Of a DNA stretch of 40,665 nucleotides, positions 36,172 through 40,665 are shown one piece after another. Numbering within the stretch: the first letter of the stretch is position 1; every line of letters starts with the position of its first letter. The translations under genes were made by a program, and so were the position numbers. The notes beneath the pieces were generated by a model. It saw only the letters and a list, made by a program, of their open reading frames with translations, was not told the DNA's origin and did no database searches. The stretch is from Fonticula alba ATCC 38817 (taxonomy: Eukaryota > Protista > Nucleariida), in the NCBI GenBank assembly GCA_000388065.2, contig KB932208.1, one strand, 5' to 3'.

Positions 36172-37736
36172 ATGCAGACGGACGACGTGAGCTCGATCAC
36201 CGCCATGGGCTTCAGCGAGAAGCGCGCGCGACTTGCCCTGGCGTCGACCGGCGGCCAGGGCGCCCAGGCAGCCATTCTCTGGTGCGTTGGTCCACCCGGA
36301 GGTCCCTGCGGCCTGCCCCTCGCCCCGCCAGTCGGGGATATCCCCGGCTGCCCCTGCTGTCTCTTTCCCTGACCCTCATCAACCTCACGCGCAAACAGGC
36401 TCACCGAGAATGAGGATGTTCCCAGTGATTCGGAACCGGTGTCCTCGTCGATGGATGTGGATCTGACCAGCGAGGCGACGTCCCCCGGGCCGGATGGCGA
36501 TCAGTCCATCAACTCCTACCAATGTGACGAGTATGTGTCGCATCCTGCCATGCCTCCCCCCTCTCCACCGCGTGGGTGTCTGACGTTTGCCCGGTTGACA
36601 GCTGCAACAAGCAACTCCGCAATGAGGATGCCGTGCACTTCCATGCTCACAAGACTGGGCACACGAATTTCTCCGAGAGCAGCTCGGTCATCGCCGAGCT
36701 CAGCCCCGAGGAGAAGGCCAAGCGATTGGAGGACCTGCGTGTGCGTCGCGTCTGGCATGTCCGCGTGAATGTGTTCTCCCTCCCTCCCTCCCTCCCCCCC
36801 CCTCTCTCTCTCTCTCTCTCCCCCCCCCCCTGAGCCCATGGCTTTGGGCTCTTCAGCCTCTCGCTCGCCCTGTCTGCGTCCTTCTCCCACTTCCTCTCGC
36901 CCCCTTCCTCCTGTGCCTGGCCCTCCCATCTCTCGCCCCGCCTCGCGCTCCCCGCCTGCTGCCTGTCTGACCCATCGACCCCAGTTGAAGCTGCGTGAGG
37001 CTCGCGAAAAGAGGGAGGCCGCGGAGCAGCTCCAGTCGCGCATGAGCGAGATTGACCGGCGCAAGACCGGGCGCGATTCGCAGAAGGCCCAGCAGGAGTA
37101 CAAGGAGCGCGCGCGGCAGGCGGAACTTGCCCAGTCGCGCGCCGAGCGCAACGCCGACGCCGCGTACCGGGCCCAGCTGATTGAGCGCATCGCTCGCGAG
37201 CGGGAGGCCCGTCGGCGGGAGCTTGCCGGCGAGTCGGAGCCCACGGCTGCCGCCCCGGCGGCGGCGGCGGCGGCTGCCGCCCCTGCCCCCGCCGCCCCGG
37301 CCATCACCGTGGACCATTCTTTCGCGCGGATCCAAGTCCGGATGACTGGCGCCGCGCCGCTGGTCCTCCGCCTGCCGGCCGCCAGCCCGCTGGCCATCCT
37401 CCGGGACAACATCCTCCGGACCATGCCGGACAGCCCGATCGACCCGCGGTCCCTGATGCTGATGACTTCCTTCCCCCGGTGCGCGATTTTTTTTCTCCCC
37501 CTCCCCCTGCTTCTTCGCTCTTGTGGATTTTTCGCAACATCCACCGCCCTGGGGGTGGGGCGTCTTTCTCCTTGCCCCCGCTTCGCCTTCTTACCCGGAG
37601 AGCGCGGCCTCCCCGTCCCCTTCGCGACCCTCCTCTTCTTGGGCGTAGCCGTGAGTTCACCGAGGATGACATGAGCAAGACCCTGGGCGATCTGGGCCTC
37701 GTCCCGTCGGCGGCCATCGTGGCTTCCATCCGGTGA
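36172..37736 (+). CDS. UBXN1: UBA-C2H2-coiled coil-UBX protein (UBXN1/SAKS1-like p97/Cdc48 adaptor), 5 exons, ~320 aa
   Basis: Exons 36172-36281, 36399-36530, 36602-36740, 36985-37478, 37649-37736 total 963 nt in frame. UBA: ITAMGFSEKRARLALASTGGQGAQAAILWL. Zinc finger: YQCDDCNKQLRNEDAVHFHAHKTGHTNFSES. UBX end: LMTSFPRREFTEDDMSKTLGDLGLVPSA. Confidence 0.9.
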
Positions 37737-38431
37737 GCAGCACCCCGGCCCCGATGGGGGGCAGGTGCGCCAAGCCCTTCCCTCGGCCCTTCTTCCTCCC
37801 GCGGGAGTGTCTCTTTCCAGCATGGCCCTTCTCGCCTGCCTCCCGGCCAGTTGGCCGGGCAGGAGCCTCGGCCGGCCTGTCGGCCAATAAAAGTCCCCGG
37901 CCCCGCCCCACCGAAAGCAGCACCAGGGGCCGCCGCCGCCGCCGCCGCCGCCCGGGGGGGGGGCTGCGCGGCTGCCTGGCCAAGTTCTGGAGATCTTCAA
38001 CAGACGGTTGGATTTATTGGTTTCTTTCGGCGGGGCGCCATGAGAAGAACTGAATGGCAGCCACAGGGTAAGGCAGGGGGGAGGGAGGCGGGGGGGGGGG
38101 CACCGGAGAGCGAGGGAGAGAGGCAGGAGAGAGAGAGAGGTCATTTTTGCTTGTCGGCTTTTTTTTCTACTCCCTGTCCTCCTGTGTCTTGGCGGCTCAA
38201 CGGCTGTATATCAAGGGCTAGAAAATGGGCGAGGGCGGTGGCTCGGGCACAAATGTGAAGAGGGGCGCGCGCGGAAAAGGGGCGCAGGAGGGAGGGAGCG
38301 CTGCGGAGGGGAGTGCCCGCTGCCCACGGCTGGGGACCCGGGGGCGGCCGGCTGTGTGTCCGGCTCTCGGTCTCTCACTGTGGCGCCGCCTTGTCCGAGG
38401 GGATTCGTCAAAGTGACGCTCCTCCCGCGTC

Positions 38432-40616
38432 TCACATGGCCTTCGCCTTGTTCTCCGGGCGGCCCGGGGCAAGGGCGTCCGGACCCTGGCGGCTGTGCGT
38501 GGCAAACATGTGGTCCCAGATGAGGGGGAAGATGATGTTCGAGGCGCCCATGAAGGCCGAGAAGGCGGTGGCCACGGACCGGGGGCTGGGCCGGGAGAAG
38601 AGAATCATCACCACGGAGAAGATGGCCACGGCGAAGAAGTGCACCAGCAGGCGGATGGGGTTCGGGGTGATGCCGCCGAGGATGCCGAGGCAGTCGGTGC
38701 CAACGCGGCTGACATACCGGAAGCAGGCATTCCGCAGGGCCACCATCGGGAGGATGTGGCGCTCGGCCGGGGCCATCAGGCTGTTGGGCAGATCGGCCCC
38801 CGGGGGGAAGAGCGGGCGCAGGCTCGGGGCAAACATCGGCAGCGGGCAGTTACTGAGGGCCTTGACCGGGGGGAATTGCAGGAGCTCCTCATCGGAGGGG
38901 CGCACGCCGCCGCCCCCGCAAAAGACATCGTACAGCGCCTGGGCCAGGATGTTCATGGAGGCGGACACCCGCCGGCGGGTGGCATAGAAGGAGCTGAGGG
39001 CCTGAATGACGCGACCGGTGTCGGCCAGGGTGTCCAGCGGCCGGAGCAGGTCCGACACGATGAGCACATCGGTGAAGGCCACGGTCATGCCGCTGCCGGT
39101 CAGGGGGTGCCGCATGTTCAGACTGTCGCCCAGGCAAAAGACGCCCGGGCGGATGAGGGCCCCGGCCGTGAGCAGCTGGCAGGGGACCGAGCGGATGGGG
39201 ATGGGCGACCCATCGGACCGGATGACCTGCTCGCGGAAGGGCCCGTGCAGGAAGGACGGCAGCTGGGGAAGGATGTGCGCCAGGAGATACCGGGCCAGGG
39301 ACTCGTCCGACTGGGTGGGCAGCGGGTCCGGGATGTCGATGAGCATGCGCAATTCCCTCGGAGAGATGGCATAGCAGAGGACCAGGCTGGAATTGCACAT
39401 GATGACCATGCCGTGGTTCGGCAGGGGGAGGGGAACATCCCGCAGGAGGAGGGCCGCAAAGTGCGACCGATAGACCGGCTTGTTGAAGCTGAGCTTGGCG
39501 CGGAAGCGACTGAAGCTGCCGCAGCAGTCGAAGTTGAGATCGCCATGCGCGATCTTGGTGGGACGCGGGGCCGGGGTGCGAAGAGGGGGAGGGGGGGGGG
39601 GGGGAGGGGGGGTCGGTTTGCGGTGTGGCGGGGGCCCGGGGGGGGGGGCCCGGGCAGGGGGAGGACAAAGGGAGGGGAGGGGGGGGGGGGCGCCTGCCTG
39701 TCCCCCGCCCGCCCGCCCGCCCGGGGCCCAGGGGAGGCAGCAGGGCGACGCACAACGTCGACAAGCTCGCCGGCTTCATTCTTCTGGCGGTACTTGACAC
39801 CGATGATGGCCGGGCCATCCTCCAGCAGGTCGACGACATTGGCCTCGACGATGGTGATGCTACAGCCGATGGCGGGGGGGGGGTCGAGAGGGGGGGGGGG
39901 TCATTGGAGAGTGAGTGGGCGAGTGGGAGGGGGGGGGGGGGGGGGGAGGGGGGGGTGGGAGAGGGGCGGGTGGGGGGGGGGGATGGGGGGGGGGGGGGGG
40001 GTCATTGGAGAGTGAGTGGGCGAGTGTCTCGGTGGGGGCCGGCCATTTTTTTTTCCCTTCCCCCCCCAACCGGCGACGGGGCGTACTTGGGGTGGGCGGC
40101 CGCGCGGCGGCGGAGATTCCCCACAAGGCGGCCATGGTGGAAGCTGTACCCGGTGGCCGGGGTGTTCGGGATGTGGTCCTTGTCCGAGGGGTAGGGGATC
40201 TGCGTGAAAATGTGGGTGTCCGACCCGTCGACGATGTTCTTCTGGGACTCGAAGGACTTGGGGTCCACCTTGGGCCGGTAGACCACGTAGCCGTGGCAGG
40301 CCTGCGCATCGATGCCGGCGATGCACTGGCCGAGGCCCATGCGCTGGAGGGCGCGCACGCCACCCGGCTGGAGGAGCTCCCCGCGGAAGGTGTCGGGATC
40401 ACGGAGGTCCCGCTCCAGGAGGAGGACGCGTCGGCCGTCCCGCGCGAGGTTGTAAGCCAGGGAGGCACCGGCGATGCCGGCCCCGGCCACAATGGCGTCG
40501 TACTTGACCGGGGGGGCGCCGGCCGGCGGGATCGGCGCGGAGATGATCGGCTCCGCCGGGATGTAGTCCTCGCTGGCGGCAGCGGCGGCGGCGGCGGCGG
40601 CGGCGTGGGCGGTCAT
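38432..40616 (-). CDS. SQLE: Squalene epoxidase / squalene monooxygenase, 3 exons, ~585 aa
   Basis: Exons 40616-40087, 39859-39754, 39553-38432 total 1758 nt in frame. Motifs: IVAGAGIAG (GxGxxG), LLERDLRDPDTFRGELLQPGG, SFHHGRLV, LGDSLNMRHPLTGSGMTVAFTD, NILAQALY, LRNACFRY, LVHFFAVAIF, IIFPLI. Confidence 0.96.
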
Positions 40617-40665
40617 GATGCTGATCCGGAAGACGAGCGGGGAGGCGCGCGCGCGTGTGTGTGGG

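Noticed and set aside
38495-40015. 506-aa plus-strand ORF
   Set aside because: Antisense shadow of SQLE plus poly-G read-through.
36172-40616. Functional link between UBXN1-like and SQLE (p97-dependent degradation of squalene epoxidase)
   Set aside because: Convergent neighbours in a eukaryotic genome; adjacency alone gives no evidence of co-regulation.
1-40665. CRISPR arrays, transposases or terminal repeats, rRNA/tRNA genes, prokaryote-type systems
   Set aside because: No spaced direct-repeat arrays, mobile-element ORFs or RNA-gene signatures seen. The short exact duplications found are all tied to gaps or homopolymers.

Overview
This is intron-rich, GC-rich eukaryotic draft genomic DNA. 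It has about 48 spliceable GT-AG introns, mostly 70-280 nt, with GTGCGY/GTACGY/GTATGT donors and CT-rich interiors, plus many poly-C/poly-G tracts and three N gaps. The style and gene content suggest a unicellular opisthokont, possibly Fonticula-like; that is an unverified inference. Eight multi-exon genes could be spliced in frame by hand: a hypothetical membrane protein, eIF3c, a TAO-family STE20 kinase, a divergent COG5-like protein, a nodulin-like MFS transporter, a class I cyclic-nucleotide phosphodiesterase (PDE), a UBXN1-like protein and squalene epoxidase. I found no RNA genes, transposons, CRISPR arrays or multi-gene novel system. The best biological leads are the PDE, whose invariant purine-binding Gln is Ala and which carries about 570 aa of unrecognised C-terminal sequence, and a ~52-aa coding insertion in squalene epoxidase. 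The window also shows repeated assembly problems at homopolymers: an Illumina adapter remnant, gap-flanking duplications, and foreign coding fragments inside introns, including an antisense isoleucyl-tRNA synthetase exon. All family assignments come from remembered motifs, not database searches.
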